Positions 13,613 to 27,559 of a stretch of DNA of 64,000 nt are shown here, piece after piece. The first letter of the stretch is position 1; each line of letters begins with the position of its first letter. The notes below the pieces were generated by a model. It did not search any database, was not told the DNA's origin, and was given only the letters and a program-made list of their open reading frames with translations. The DNA is from Dicyema japonicum (lineage: Eukaryota; Animalia; Dicyemida): positions 112,738-176,737 of the forward strand of contig RDEW01000024.1 of NCBI GenBank assembly GCA_011109175.1, given 5' to 3'. Position numbers and translations under genes: made by a program.

Positions 13613-14189
13613 AAAATAAGGACTCTCATAGAAATTGCAACAGACTTGCTATTCGGGCTCTTGTTGGTTCCTATGCTACATTTTCTTGTAGGTATAATTT
13701 ATGATTATTATAGGAAAATTAGTGTGGATGTTCATTTTATCTATTTTGAAAGATTTTTGGTTTTGTTTGTTTTTTAAATAGATTAATACGAATATCGGAT
13801 AAACTTTTAAATAGATTAATACAGTATGAAAAAGATGAAGACTTATTTTTGACATGGGATTCTGCTCGAAGGTATACTTTTGTGGCTGCAAAAAAATACG
13901 AAAGAAAAGAAGATGGAAAAAAGATGAAGAATCTTTATGTAGGAGGTCTACTCATTTTATGAATGGATTGTGACTACAATCAATCAAAAAAGGTGCTCTA
14001 TATGAGCACTTGGATGGTACAGTTATCAAGTAGTGAATATACAAGGAAATATGTCCACACAGATGGTGGTTACTCCGAAATAATGATAGTCCACCATAGC
14101 CGAACTAATAGATTATTCTAAATGACTTTTTATTTCTAAGAAATATTTTTTTGATCTTTTGGATTAAGATGGAGATTAGATTTTCCAGT

Positions 14190-14520
14190 ACAATTGGATT
14201 CCCGACATAACATGCGTATACTATTGTAGCCTCGATGAACTGTTTTTATACGACATCCAGTCTGTTCCAGTCGCTTCTATCATATTTTCTAGGTATCTGG
14301 GCAGGATTTCCACTAGGGAATATTTCCCTAGTAGGTTTACTTGAATGTTCCAGATCTTGGCACAAATTCGTTGCAGCACGGTTAGATCCATTACATGCGG
14401 ATACTATTGTAAGCCTCGATGAAATGTTTTTATATGACATCAGTCCACTCAGATCTTTTTTTGTCTCTTAGGTTTCCCAAAGAACGCCTTCAAGAATTTA
14501 ATTTTCCTCGTACAAGTCAA
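14190..14520 (-). repeat. Diverged ~180-bp direct duplication, possibly integrase C-terminal debris
   Basis: Two copies of CATGCG.ATACTATTGTA.GCCTCGATGAA.TGTTTTTATA.GACATC; weak W..V....EAYN motif. Confidence 0.45.
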
Positions 14521-14949
14521 CAAAATAATTTCGACATGTTTTTTAAAAGGTTAAGAAGGTGTCAAAAATAACTCCCAAAAATTTTCTGGTATTTGTTTTG
14601 CGGGATATTCTTCTGTGACGTCAATTGATATTTTCCTTAGTCTTCTGTTTGTGGTAAAAGTTAAGTCATACAAATACATAAAAATTTCATTCATTTCTTT
14701 TAACTTTTTGAATCATACCAAAATCGATATAATCGTTATCACACGGGCACATGGTCTAGCTGCTGCAGGGCCTGTCACGATCTTCGATTTTTTAAAACGA
14801 CGCTAAGTCTCTTCTGGAACCTCCACATCCTGGACTTTTGGGCATATGTGCTCAAATTTGGTTAACCGATTGCTCTGCTGTTCTGGTGATTCTTCAGCCC
14901 GCATTTGTTTTGCTTGTGTTAAAGTGCTTAGGAGACATGAAATAAGCAT

Positions 14950-15205
14950 TTTATTATTGCGACCTTCCAGATGATGTCAAATTTGTTCCTCTTGCTATGG
15001 AGACTTCCGGATCCTACTCCCCCTCTACACTCGAGTTTTTCGAACGTCTTGGAAACCGGATCACCTCATGCACTGGAGATCTCCGTGAACGCCGCTGGCT
15101 ATTTGAGCGAATTTCGCTCGCAATTTTGAGAGGGAACAGCCACTCAGTGAGGGCGGCAACTACCTGACTTCTATTGTTTAAATTATAATAACTTCAAAAA
15201 AAACA
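14950..15205 (+). mobile_element. CRE-clade 5'-truncated copy
   Basis: FVPLAMETSGSYSPSTLEFFERLGNRITSCTGDLRERRWLFERISLAILRGNS then A-rich tail. Confidence 0.8.
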
Positions 15206-16434
15206 AGTTTTTATTATTTACCCTCTTGGGTATCTTCAATTGTCTCCCTTCTCTGGGATCTGTAGGATCTTGTATTAGTCCCTGGAAATGATTAAAGTTG
15301 AAAGTTTTTTGAAATTAGCATGAAGGTCACCCCACTTGACAGGATGATATTGATCGACGTTTTCAGAAATTCAAATTTTGAATTCTGGTTCGCTCACTTT
15401 TTCGGTAATGTTTTTTATTTCAATCGACAGGGTAAACAATTGGGCGATCACAATTAGCTAAAATAGAGTAAATGAAACAGAAAGGAGTAGGTCTAACGTC
15501 ATGTCCCTCGCGAGAGATCTTTCTTTCAAAAAATGTAAAAATTATAATCTCAGCTAGGTCACTTCGGTCAAGCAAATGAGGAAAATTTTTATTTTGGTTT
15601 TAAAGTCATAAAGCACATTTCGATCCACTGAGAATTATTTTCATTTCGGTCATTAGTTTATTATTTTAAAAAATGTTTGGTATTATAATCGTTTAATTCA
15701 CATAAATACAGTAAGATCCTTAAATTGTCCCAAAATTGTTCTTGCCAGACATATGCCCTGGAACGAAGTTGTTAAGAGAGCTTTAGACGCCACTGAACAC
15801 TCCTTCATGCTCGGACCTGTCATTAATGGCGAGATATGCGAGAAAGAAAGTTAATATGAGAAAACTGTTAGAACGGATTTTGAAGAGCAAGAATTCAGTG
15901 GAGCCCTAATTATCAATGCTTATGGCTAACACGAGAATGCATTTAACTAACTTATTTTGACTTTGAATCCAATAGACAATAATATGGCTAGTTGCAACAT
16001 TGAACCAGTAGGAAATTAATCAATTGACAGGGGATTAAGGGCAAGCATAGAGAACACAACAAAGGAAGGAATGTCTACTCTATTTTCCGGAACATAGGAG
16101 AATTGAGGACTGAAGAATATGAAAACTAAAGCGTTAGAAAAAATGTGAGATGTCGTATGTTCCATGTGAAGAAGTGAGAGAGGAATGATATTTATCTAGC
16201 TCCCAAAGTCACAACAAAAATCTAAGAAATGCTTGGATATGTCTTGTGAGTTTAATTTCCGCTAAATTATCAGATACAAATGATGCTGAATTTTAATATC
16301 GTCATTTTTTGATTCAATCAGATTTTGTAAATACTCTTCTGTAACAACCCGTATGATAATTATGGATTTGTATACGAACCAATTCAATTGACTAAATATT
16401 TATTCACATAATTCAAATTTGTAGGAGAAGAAAA

Positions 16435-17520
16435 TAAATTATTATTATTAAGCCAAAAATCACCAGGTAAATAGTAGTTTAAAGGAAAACGCCATCAGGT
16501 GTTCCGGCTTCTATCAGCAATATTTTCATTTTTCCCGATGTTTCTATCAAAAACCGACACATTTTGATAACACCTTTCTTCTCTGGTGGTTTTCTATTTG
16601 GGTTTATGTGCCTCTCACCTTCCCCACAAAGACCTTTAACGTAGTTGCCCTCATTGGAAGTGCTGTTATTCGAGAGTTATTTTGGTCATACTCAATTGAG
16701 CAGAGTTTTTCTCCATTCGTCCATTTTCATTTTATAGCAATTTTCTTTTTCTATATCTAGCACTCAAAATTCGGTATCTTTTTAATGAAGGCTTTGGATT
16801 CTATTAAGTATATTAGGTTCACTCATAATCTTCTTTGTTATGTGGTCAAAACATTTAATATAGGATTTGATTGATCTTTGTCTGAAATGCCTTCATTTCC
16901 TTCTGGATCTTTCTGTTAACGGGGGAAACTGCATTATTGTGTGAGTTGAAACGTGTGTGTCGAAATCGGCTAACCTCATCTCCACATGTATAGCGAAATC
17001 TGTCTAATTGACGTTTCTGTAATCGAGGAAAGTGTTTCCTATTCTGCATAGAGGAGAGTGCTTTCCATCTGGATGAAAATAGGATTATGTTCGCCCCAGA
17101 AGTTATAAATCAAAGGCCAGTTCACAGGAGAAGCGATGTTAGGGTTGGCAAGTGTCAAATCATGTGAACTTGAATTGTCTCTAGCTATATAAGGTGTTCT
17201 TGTGTTTATCTGATAATCGTTAAGAATTTCCTATGGCATCAGCAGTTTGGTTTTTGTACTAGGTCGGCTGTTTCTTGTTGAGGTCGCCACGTATAAACAA
17301 ATGTTGGTATTGATGTAGCACATTCAGGTAGAAGGTAAGCTCCTTTGGAGAAGAGCTTGTAGGGGTAATGTATATGTTCACAATTGTAATATTTCCCATA
17401 TTTGTTCGAATGGAGATCCCAATGTATTCCACGGAAGATGAAGGATCATAATACTAAGGCTTATCTTATTGTTGTTCCCGATCTCACTTTTAACGAGAGT
17501 GTAGTTTTGCTTTAATTTAA
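16435..17520 (-). mobile_element. I/Jockey-like LINE: endonuclease region joined to family 3' end with no recognisable RT
   Basis: ITIVNIYITP, FIRGDLN, EHNPI APE motifs; 3' end GCCGGAACACCTGA..GGTGATTTTTGGCTTAATAATAAT matches 19085-19130. Confidence 0.6.
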
Positions 17521-17809
17521 AATAAATTCAATATCCTTCCAAATCATTTTGGATGCGATTCTTTTATGTGTTCTAATAAAAGAAAATGTCCTCAAGCCCG
17601 ATAGAATAATCCATCCCACGTTGATAAAAACACCGGGATTTAAGTAAATCTTTGTATTTTGAATACTAAAAAGGACAATTAGTTCTTTTTATTTTACATT
17701 AATTTTCTTACCAGCCCCACCAAAAAGATGCACGCTTATTTAAATTATTTAAAATAATTAGTATTTAAATAATAATTAACTATTATCATATATTTTTAGT
17801 GGCAGTTAA

Positions 17810-19135
17810 TCAACTAGACAAGAGCCAAAATCTGTTACATGCCTTACAAATTTCATCAAGGATGGCCTAAACTCAAAACTAGGTCAATGACCAAGTTCTT
17901 TCCAAATGGGGTCTCTTAAGGATCTCCACTGTCACCACACCTGTTCAACTTACTTCTAATTGATATTCCCTCCATTACCAGTGACGATACTCTGTTTTCG
18001 ACATATGCTGATGATATAATCGTCGCAGTCAAAGACCAGTGCGTTCATACTGCTGTATACCAGATACAAGCTTCATTGGACGATCTGAACTGTTGGCTCG
18101 TTAAGAACATTCTACATACAAGTCACAAAAAGTCTTATACAACAATTTTTACAACAAACAGTAGATTGACAAACTCCGCTCCATGTGTAACCATAAATGG
18201 AAACTCAATCCCCACGACCAACTCGTTCACGATACTGGACGTAACATACGATCCACTCTTGACCCTCAGCAAACACATTGACAACGTCATCTCCTCGGCA
18301 CAACGAAAGCTAAATTTTGTTAAAACACTCCTTGGACAATATAAGGGGTGATTCAATTCAAATTTGGACTCGCTCTACGTGCAGTATATTCAACCGTCTC
18401 TAACGTACGGGTATGCTGCATGGGGAACCAAACTATTATTATATTATAGGCACGTACGCGATGCCAAGATCATGACAAAGCATGTGCAACACGAAAAGTT
18501 AACAATCTAATTAACGTCCCCCATCTTTTTCGATCCGTTGCCATGTTCCGTAACGTATCCTGAGATCTTCATCTAGAATAACCGGCAGTGTTGTCCTCGG
18601 CCGGCCCCGGAAACGAGAAGCTTCTAAGACAAAATACTCTCCATTGCTATGTTGGCAGGGGTCCCATATCGTGGCGGAGTATGTGTCCAAAGAGCCTCCA
18701 TCTTGAATCAGTAATCTCACATGATATTGGCTTAGTTCCTGTTCTCTTGTATAAGATTTCAAACTCCTTCGATATTTTTGTCTTTTGGAGACATCCGATT
18801 GATATCTTGTATTTTGAAAGGTCTTCACAAAGTTCTTTTCTTTTCACAAAGGGTATGCTGCATGGGGAACCAAACTATCAAATACGAATATGGAAAAATT
18901 AATACATTCCAAAAAATGGCCACTAAGGCTCTGCAAGGGTTTTCCTAGACATCACTAAACCCTACACCATTTGATGAATTATTGAAGAAAACCGGAGCCT
19001 TACTACCACCCAAAAAAGTCAGAAACCCACGCCCAATCAAGAACTCGAGGAACACCGAGCAAAATGAGATGTATATTCGAGGCGGCCGGAATCACTTGAC
19101 GGCTATGTAGTTATTTAATTTGTCGGTGATTTTTG
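17810..19135 (+). mobile_element. I/Jockey-like LINE RT and 3' end, interrupted by an RTE-derived insert
   Basis: GSPLSPHLFN, TYADDIIVA, LDVTYDPLLT, YGYAAWG; ends GCCGGAATCACTTGA and (AAT)n. Confidence 0.8.
18437..18850 (-). mobile_element. Internally deleted RTE-like element (APE start fused to ORF C-terminus) with 28-bp TSD
   Basis: GGGTATGCTGCATGGGGAACCAAACTAT at 18409-18436 and 18851-18878; translation ISIGCLQKTK/ISKE..RWRLFGHILR..FRGRPRTTL; TAA-type tail. Confidence 0.85.
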
Positions 19136-20211
19136 GTTTTTAATAATAATAATTCCAAAAATAGATGCTAACTTCTAAGGTGGAGTAAAAGGTCTAACAT
19201 TCTCAGAGATCCCTGCTGGAGAACTTAAATTCTACAAATTTATTTAATAGAAAGAAAATCCGATCAAAAGAGCATAGATGCAAGATAATTCCTAAAGTAA
19301 ATACTAATTTAATTTAGCACTTACAAGATATGCTTCATGAACATAAACAAACATTTGTTTAACTTTACTATGGCACTAATCGATGCCTATGAATAATTCA
19401 AATTATTTTAAAAAGTACAGAGCCCCTTCATGGTATAATATATATTCGTACAAATATATTGTCCGTATTGAATTTTAATATTCGACTGAGATTAAGATAA
19501 GCTGTTTAATCAGTCTGCCTCCGATAAAATCCTTCTTTGTCCGAAATAAGAAGTTTAGAGAAAAAGAATATATTCATTTAAGGGATTTTGTATTGAATGG
19601 TGGAAAGGTAAGTAATGTGGGCAGATTGAAATGTCGCATTCATCTTTGTTATGTAGACAGAGTACTTGTTTGAAAAGACTAATGCAATGAAATTTGTCAA
19701 CAATCACAGTACCTCAGATATATTTATTCTTTTTCCTGTAATCCTAGGTGTGCCTAGATCACAGAAAATTTGTTAGCGGTACAAAAATCTGATGACAGAT
19801 ATACCGTATAACAAGAGTCCACAATAAAATTTCTAATCAAGATAATTAATATCATAACGAAAGGTAGTGTTTTCGGAAGAACAGATTTCACGTGCTTAGC
19901 ACGTAATATCTGAAAGACTCCTTCCACGTGCGGATATTTTAATTTTGTTCATAGATAAGCTTAGCCGTACCCATTTCTGTCTAATCTCTAGAAAAAGTAA
20001 TATGAAACAGATCTTTGATTATGAGTAAATAAATCACCACAGTACATAAAGAAATGCACAGAAAGAAAAATAGATATCCAAATCTCCAAAGAGAGGAGGT
20101 TCTTCGGCTAGTTAAGTGAATGTTTTATTATAGGTAATGAATTGTATATCATTAATATATTTTTATGTAAGACATTTAATTCACATATAAATAGAGAGTT
20201 CTGCAATTCTA

Positions 20212-20540
20212 ATAATAATAAAGCCTTTTCACGAGAGCCATAGTATTTATAGCTCCGCATAGGCAGGACACACTTTATTTAAGTAAAGAACAGTTAATTT
20301 TTAACTAATCGTAGAACCAAGGAATGATCTTCACTTCTTTTTTTTTCTCGTGTGTGGGTTCTTTCCAGACAATCCAGTTCCTCAGTGAGTATCCACTGAT
20401 GACGGCGTCACTCGTCAAACCTTTCTGCATCGTAGATTCGTGGAACCTTCCACCAGGTGAACAGCAGCTAGAATCGAACCCGTAACCTAAGCCATCTAAG
20501 CCCGACACCTAACCACTATGCCACCCGGCTCCTAACCACT
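20212..20540 (-). mobile_element. Full-length tRNA-derived SINE with 15-bp TSD
   Basis: A box TGGCATAGTGG, B box GGTTCGATTC, (TTA)n tail; TSD AGTTCTGCAATTCTA at 20197-20211 and 20541-20555. Confidence 0.9.
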
Positions 20541-21339
20541 AGTTCTGCAATTCTATTAATTATATTAAATATTATTTTAAAAGTAAATAAACAAAAAACT
20601 GATAGGCAATCTTCACCCTAGGATTAGATGTGAAAGATAAAGTCATAGAATATCAACGTGGAAGGAATATTTCTAATATTGAAACAACGTGGAAAACATT
20701 CTGGTTTTAAAATCCATGACAAATACCACACTGCTATCCAATTGTCTGTTCATTTAAAATTGGGCAAAAAATTTTTTTACTGCAATATAAGTAAGTTATA
20801 ACAACTAAACTTCTTAAACGGTAGAGGATGCTTATATTTAATATTTGAACTGATAGCTGAACAAATGATTTGTTTGACTCACTGATATGACTAATACAAA
20901 CTGATTCTTTACTAAATTGATTAATTTGGTAAATTGTTAGTGTCTTCATCGTGGTGGAGGTATGCTATTATGAAAAGAATATTCCCATTCCTTGCAGATT
21001 TGTTATTTTCAATACATCATGCACTCCAATCGTAACAAAAATGTCCTATTAATTTTAAATACATTGATCATGTTATAATTTATTGGCTAACACGCTTCAG
21101 CTATAGATGCTCCCCGCAAAATCTGAGAGAACGTGAAGGTATCTTGTTTTGGTACTCAAAAACAACGACAAGGTAACTCTAGGTTGCTTTTTGTAAATAA
21201 TAATTAGATTTGGTTCAAAGATAGTCAGATTTTTTGTTGAAGGAGGACTCAATATGGAAAGATGTGAGAGTTTTAGTCATTTTGTGTAATATTTATTTTT
21301 TTAATTTATTTATTTAACTTTAAGACCACCAAAAAATAG

Positions 21340-22920
21340 GTCAAAAATAACTAACTAGGTGATCCCAGCCTCCAACAACATTTGAACTCTCTTCATTTGG
21401 TCTTCTGATGATTCAGCCGCATTCCGGAAGCGCCTTCTCTTCCTACTGCAAAGAAATTTAATCGGCGTGCACTTTTATAACAGACCGAAATTCCTCTGCA
21501 TGGGCCACCGTTTCCTTGAATGGGTTTCCCAGTTCCTTGCAGAAACGTAGGAAAGCTGGCCATTCTTCAACGTCGCCTTAATAGAAACGAGGCCGCCAAT
21601 GGAGATGTCCATGTGATGGATGATTTTCCGCCTGAGGGAGTTCAAACGATCCACTCTCGAAGAGGGAATCGCAAATCTCCAGGCGGAGCAGGCTAATTCA
21701 ATGGTAGGAACGATGACTTGTTGGTAGACTTTGTTAACGCAAGCAGCAGGGGGAAAGCGTTCTTCTTTATGATCGCTTTTAAATTGTTCCATTTCCGAAG
21801 ACCCTTGGCAAGCACCTCCTCCATGTGACTAGAGAACGTCATCAGAGAGTCGAAAACTACCCCAAGGATCTTCTTGGTCAGCGTAGAAGAGATAGAAGTA
21901 TTTCCAAAAAACAGTTCGAGTCCATCCTTAAATCTTCTATCATTAGTGAAAATGGTGGACTGGGATTTAGATGCTGACACACATAACATATTTGCAGATA
22001 GCCAGTCACATATCGGTTTTGGTGTGACTGAACAGTCGTTACAGCCACGGAAGGAGATTTATCTCTTGCAGCGATAATTAGGTCGTCCGCATAGGAAAAG
22101 GAGAGGAGATAAAGGGGAACCTTGCGGGTCCCCGTTGGGAAGTAATCTCGACATTGAAGTGGTTTTGTCAATCCGGACCCTTCCGAAATTTTCCAGCTAT
22201 TGCTTGATGTTCGGATGTAAGTTCGAATTAAAAATTTTATGCGTAGGAGTTTTTTCGGAACAGAATCAAAGGCCTTCTGTATGTCGATGGACACTAAGGC
22301 CGTCCGTAAGTGTGGTCTCCGTCAGTAAACTGAGAGATAAAACCAAAATGAGTCGTTGTAGAACGGTCTGCCCTGAATCCATGTTGAAACTCTGGTAGAT
22401 GTAGAACAGGAGCGATGTGCATTAATACAAGCTTTTCCAGTACTTTTGATAAAACACTAGTCATTGAGATAGGGCGGTAAGAAAAGGGAACGTCTTTTGG
22501 TTTTCTGGGCTTTAGGATTGGCGTAATCAGGGAGTTTTTCCATATATTAAATAGCGTATGGTAATTGATAGAGTCGTTGTACAGTAATGATAGTATGGAC
22601 CGTTGCCTGAGGTCCAAAGTGTTTGAGGTGAATAGTGCAAATCCTGTCGGGACCATAAGCACGAGTGGGACGTAGCAATTTAATAGCCTTGTCAACATCA
22701 TGGTAGGTGAAGAAGGTGGAATACGGTTCCTATTGCGGCCGGCGCCGTTCAACATGTGTAGAACGAGAAAAATCTTTACGTAGTACTTCATAATCTTGTT
22801 TGCAAGTTTGCGTGCGGGTTCCGAAACGTTGCGGGTAACGGCCTCAGTTCCACGGTCCTCCTCATTGATAAGGCTATTAGTCCTTCTTAGCGTTTTTAGC
22901 CTTTTTGATTCTATATACTC
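21340..22920 (-). mobile_element. I/Jockey-like LINE, degenerate RT through 3' end
   Basis: ITPILKPRKP..SYRPISMTSVLSKVLE, QHGFRADRST, IDIQKAFDSV, SYADDLII, LGVVFDS; ends EAGIT*. Confidence 0.85.
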
Positions 22921-23249
22921 TGCATAGATTGGGATGTTTACTTTTTTGAAATGTTTTTATACAGATTTCTGTCACATCAAACATGGGACCTATCAAAATT
23001 CATAACGTGCTGTACTCGTTCGACTTGACGGGAATTATCAGATTGAGCCACAAAGGCTCAGGGATCTTCCGCCTCGAATTCAGAAAGGAGGAGACAAAGG
23101 AACTTTTATGAACATATGGATGCTTCTTTACCTTAGGGTCTTAGAAACCATTGTTTAGTTAAATCCGACAAGATCTTCCGAAATTGTGTTGAACAACCTG
23201 CCCTTATGAGTATATGATAACGACTTCATGAATTTGTCAAGGAAGTAGC

Positions 23250-24230
23250 CTCTCTACCACGGGCTTATGCCGTTTCTACAAAGCAGATGGAGACTCCCTC
23301 TTGTAAAGGTTCTAGTTGGATCAAAGGCGGAAGCTACATCGCTGATTTTGTAAGCATGGACGTTTGTTGCGAGGGAATTTAGAATACAGTTAAAGGTCTA
23401 TACTTCAAGAATTTTGAGATTTGTTCTACAGATATCTCTGAGTTCTACAACAAGAATCCCTATACAATCATAATTGGCGATTTTGATACTAGTTCTGGTT
23501 TTTGTAGACAAATCAGGATGGACGGCGTTTATAATTATTGTCTGATTCACATGGCTTTGTGATCCTTACATCAGATGACCCAAATAGTTTTTCTTATCAT
23601 AATGAGAACAAACTCTGCGTATTCCTAGTATAGTCAGCTCTATCTGTCTATTTGGGAATGTCCAAAACTTTAGTTATTTTTGAGGTTCAACAAATCACAT
23701 TTAGATTGGGGTCACTATAGGTTTTCATGTCTAATAATGGAAAGATTAATCGGACCGTATATGAAAGGCCGAGGTTGCGAAGATTTATGTAAAAAATCCC
23801 TATTTTTGGAAATACTATCGGAAGATAATGTGTTCGAAGTCGGGGGCAGAAAAGATTATATAAAATAAACCAGACGGGGGGCATGACGAAGAAAACACCT
23901 TCGATATTCAGGGATCAGCTCAAAAAAAATTCAGGGTGTTGATCCGTGGAGTTGTTTTGACACCGGATGACAAAAAAGTTGTGTACATTTAAATACTCCG
24001 TCGAGAAATATTCTCAAGAAAGTTGGACGCCTGACTGTCTCAGAAGCAATTGTGTTCATATAATTAATCTCCTTGAATATCTTAGAAAGAACTCAGCGAC
24101 AATTATGTCGACAGGATCAAAACTAAAATAATTGGGATATGCTCACGTCATTCATAAATCTAAAGTAACTTATCCGTTCGTCAACACCTATCATATTCGA
24201 TTCATTTCCTCATCGTTTTTTTAAATGAAA
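23250..24230 (+). mobile_element. Highly decayed LINE endonuclease/RT region (approximate)
   Basis: IIIGDFD motif at ~23470 and weak downstream RT N-terminal similarity. Confidence 0.4.
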
Positions 24231-25304
24231 TTATTCATTCCGAGTCAAGAGTAGAGATGTGTGATTCAGTTGGCCACCAGGATATTATTTAAATCATAAT
24301 AAATTTGAATTAATTAACACCAATTTTTATACCCGATAAAAGAACCGATTAAGTTAGTAAAATGTTAGCAACTCTGCAACGGCCAATTACATTATACTTG
24401 TCCCTAATGGCACTGCAGTCTGAAATAACATTATTAAGTACATGTTTCAGATGTGGTCATGCTGTATAGTCTAAATATATTACTTTCGAACATATACATG
24501 CTATTATTTTTGATAGCCATGATATAACCAGGTCTTCGTTTATGTCTATGATAAATATAAAATCATACGCCACTGCAATATCGAATGAATCTGTGCATAC
24601 GATGACACTATATTATTATTATAAAAATACTCATTTAAATCAACAGATCTGACACTAAATGCTTGAATAACTTCTATTCCGCGTGGAAATGTACTACATA
24701 AATTTAAAAATGTACATTTGGTAAAGTGATCTTAAATGTATAGCAAAATCGATTGCGATGTATATGAGAGAATTGCATTCTTCCAAAAGCCTATTAATTT
24801 AATAATATATATAACAATTCCACAATGGTGAATGGAAAAGTTAGTTTGTTTACATATTCTAAACTTTCATCTACCTTACAGATACTATAATAAGTAATAT
24901 TTAATACAAAATACGCACATGCAGTTCTCTAATAGAAAAATTGACACCATGTTCAACTGTAATGTTTTGAATATACATTGCCGTATTATAGAAATCAAAG
25001 CGTAGGTCAGAAAATGTACAATTAATCAAATATCTTAATAATTAATTTTTAATACAGATCTCCCCATTGATCTATTTCTACGTCTTTACAATTTTTCTGT
25101 GACAAAATGCATAATGGAAAAAATAAGATGATGAAACTGAACATCTATAGGATTTAATACCAAAATGATGAATATAATAGTAACCACAAGAAATTAAAAT
25201 TATTACATAAATTACAGTTGTCGTATAATTAATAATAAATTTATTAATTAAACTATTTAATAAATAAATAAAATTAAAAAATAATTTAATAAAATTCACT
25301 TAAT

Positions 25305-25560
25305 ATACAGGGTTTTCCGATTTGTGTAATAACTTTACCTTGAAGTTTGATAACTTTGCCAAAATTTCTAGTATCTTTTCCAAAATGTTTAAAATTTTAT
25401 TTTTAAGTAAATTCTGGAGAAAGACTATAAATATTGCTATACAAAGACAGTTTAAGGATTATACGAGTTATATTTACAAACACGGAATTCGAAGTCTGTG
25501 TTGTCTCAGAGCGCATTGCAAATTTAAGCGCACATTGACACTCAAGAAGCTTATTTAGTA
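25305..25560 (-). mobile_element. Possible Tc1/mariner 3' terminus
   Basis: TA followed by CAGGGT terminus; minus-strand KVIKLQG resembles the Tc1/mariner C-terminal AVI...G motif; partner TIR not found. Confidence 0.3.
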
Positions 25561-26569
25561 TATTCAATTATCTTGTTGTTCATTTGGAAGCTACACTTGT
25601 TTTTCAAGAGATAAAAATTGTCCTATTTCTATCTAGGAATTAAGATATGCGGATGTCCTGATTTTGTTTTCGAGGACATCAATGTTTTCAGTAGACAATA
25701 ATGTCGTCCTTTCTATACTGCTCTACTACTTGGGAACGTGGGAAGTCACTCCGGACATGTGTTGATAACCTAAATGCTTTCCAAAGTAAACAGCTAAGGA
25801 CTCTAGTACGTATACACTATCAATCGTGATAAAAACGAAACTATACATGCTTGCTAGTCCGAGCATCTGGATAAAATTATCACAGGAACATCGATCTAAA
25901 ACATGCTAAATAGCACTAGTCGACGGTAATGAATAACAAAGTTCCAAAAATCGTAATCTTGTAAAAAGTGGAGATGTCTAACAGACCGGATTATCTTGTG
26001 GTTATTGGAAGATTGAATCATTGGAGAAAGCCCTGAGAATGTCTGTTAAAAGTAACTAAGATTCCCCTACCGTATAATTAGGTCATATTTCTATTTGACA
26101 GTAAAATTAGGTCAACCGTTGAAGTGATTATATATATTATTTGATGACAATAGATGCATTGGTGTTCTACTTTTATTCGGAACCAAATGTGGATGCCATT
26201 AGTGGATTCTCTCTTTACTCTTATTGTTTGTAACGATCAGGAACCGTGGAGGTATGGACATATTCCTTAATGATCCGGACGACCGAACTAATCTTTAAAT
26301 GTCTGTTTTTGAAAAAGAAAAATTCCATGAGAGCAATGTGAATGAAAGACGACTTGTCTCAAACGACTAGCTGGTATTCAACGAATGTTTGTTTGAGTTT
26401 TTTGTGATGAAATTGGCAATTTTCTGACGATGAATATGAGAATAGCAGCCTCGCTCGGTCTCTGTACTGTTGCTATACTGTTACTATGACCTTTTCGTTG
26501 ATAAAAAATTTAAATAATAATTGTGAAATGATGAAAAACTCAAATAATAGTAATGAAAACGTCTCAGTT

Positions 26570-27110
26570 GTGCATAATGTTACAGATAAAACCCTTGGAA
26601 AAAACAAGGTTCAAATATAATCTCTGGCTTGGATTCTGCGGCTGTGACCAGAGTGACTCGACGTTTTACTGGGGACTTTGTATTCTTCTTTAACAACCCA
26701 GAAGACAATAGCTTATTAAAAGGGATCTCAATGTAAAGTTGACTTTTGGGGATAATGGACACAAACTTACACGAACTAAGTTGACACCTTCGGAAATTAT
26801 ATTAAAAAATTTACCAACGTGGGTAGAACTTGAAGAGCTTAATGAATTCCTCGCTACTATTATATCTTCAGAGTTCATTATTAAATGATTTAAAAACGTG
26901 GAGAAGCTCTGTCTTTAATTAGACTTGGCTTTAAAATTGGTTTCTAACAAGTCACAGATAAATGGTTTAAAAAACCTGAAATCCAATGTTTTCGCTGTCA
27001 GTTATTCGGTCATCTTGCATTTCTGCAAAAACGTTTAAAGATGATTGATTTGCTTAGGAAACCACAGAAGGTCGGAGTGTCAATTTGACATAAAGACCGT
27101 TAAAAAATGC
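26570..27110 (+). mobile_element. LINE ORF1 (gag-like) remnant
   Basis: IILKNLPTWVELEEL and frameshifted CCHC knuckles QCFRCQLFGH...C...ICLGNH...C. Confidence 0.65.
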
Positions 27111-27559
27111 ATAATTAGTGGATCAACTAACCACATGGTTAGGTTGGTTTTTTGCAAAAGCAGCTAATAAACTCAAGATGGATAAATTCTTACCTCAAAG
27201 TAAACCTGGCATTGAAAGTGTTGCTAAAGGAAGTAATGTTGCCAGGACGATCGGTGACAATAAAGATTTGACCAAGCTAACTCGAACAAGATGGAATCCG
27301 ATCACTCCTAGGAATACGACCTCGGATTGGAATGCAGACGGATGGACCACCAGTGTCCTCTATTGATAGTGGGTCCCGAACACAGTCAGTAAGTCAATCA
27401 GCAAATTCAAATCCGAATAGGAGAAAAGAGCTCACGGTAGACAGAAATTTTCAGGAAGAGGAATTTTTTCATAATATTGTTGAACAATTATCTGGTAAGG
27501 TGGTGACGTGCCTCGGTTCTTCTCTGTACAACGGTTAAGAAAAATGTCTGAAAAACACT

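Noticed and set aside
14820-14930. Helitron N-terminal STPR-like repeat (QMRAEESPEQQSNRL)
   Set aside because: A single short motif, with no Rep/helicase or termini seen
20470-20530. Functional tRNA genes at the SINE heads
   Set aside because: They continue into the SINE body and tail, are flanked by TSDs and lack a paired acceptor stem
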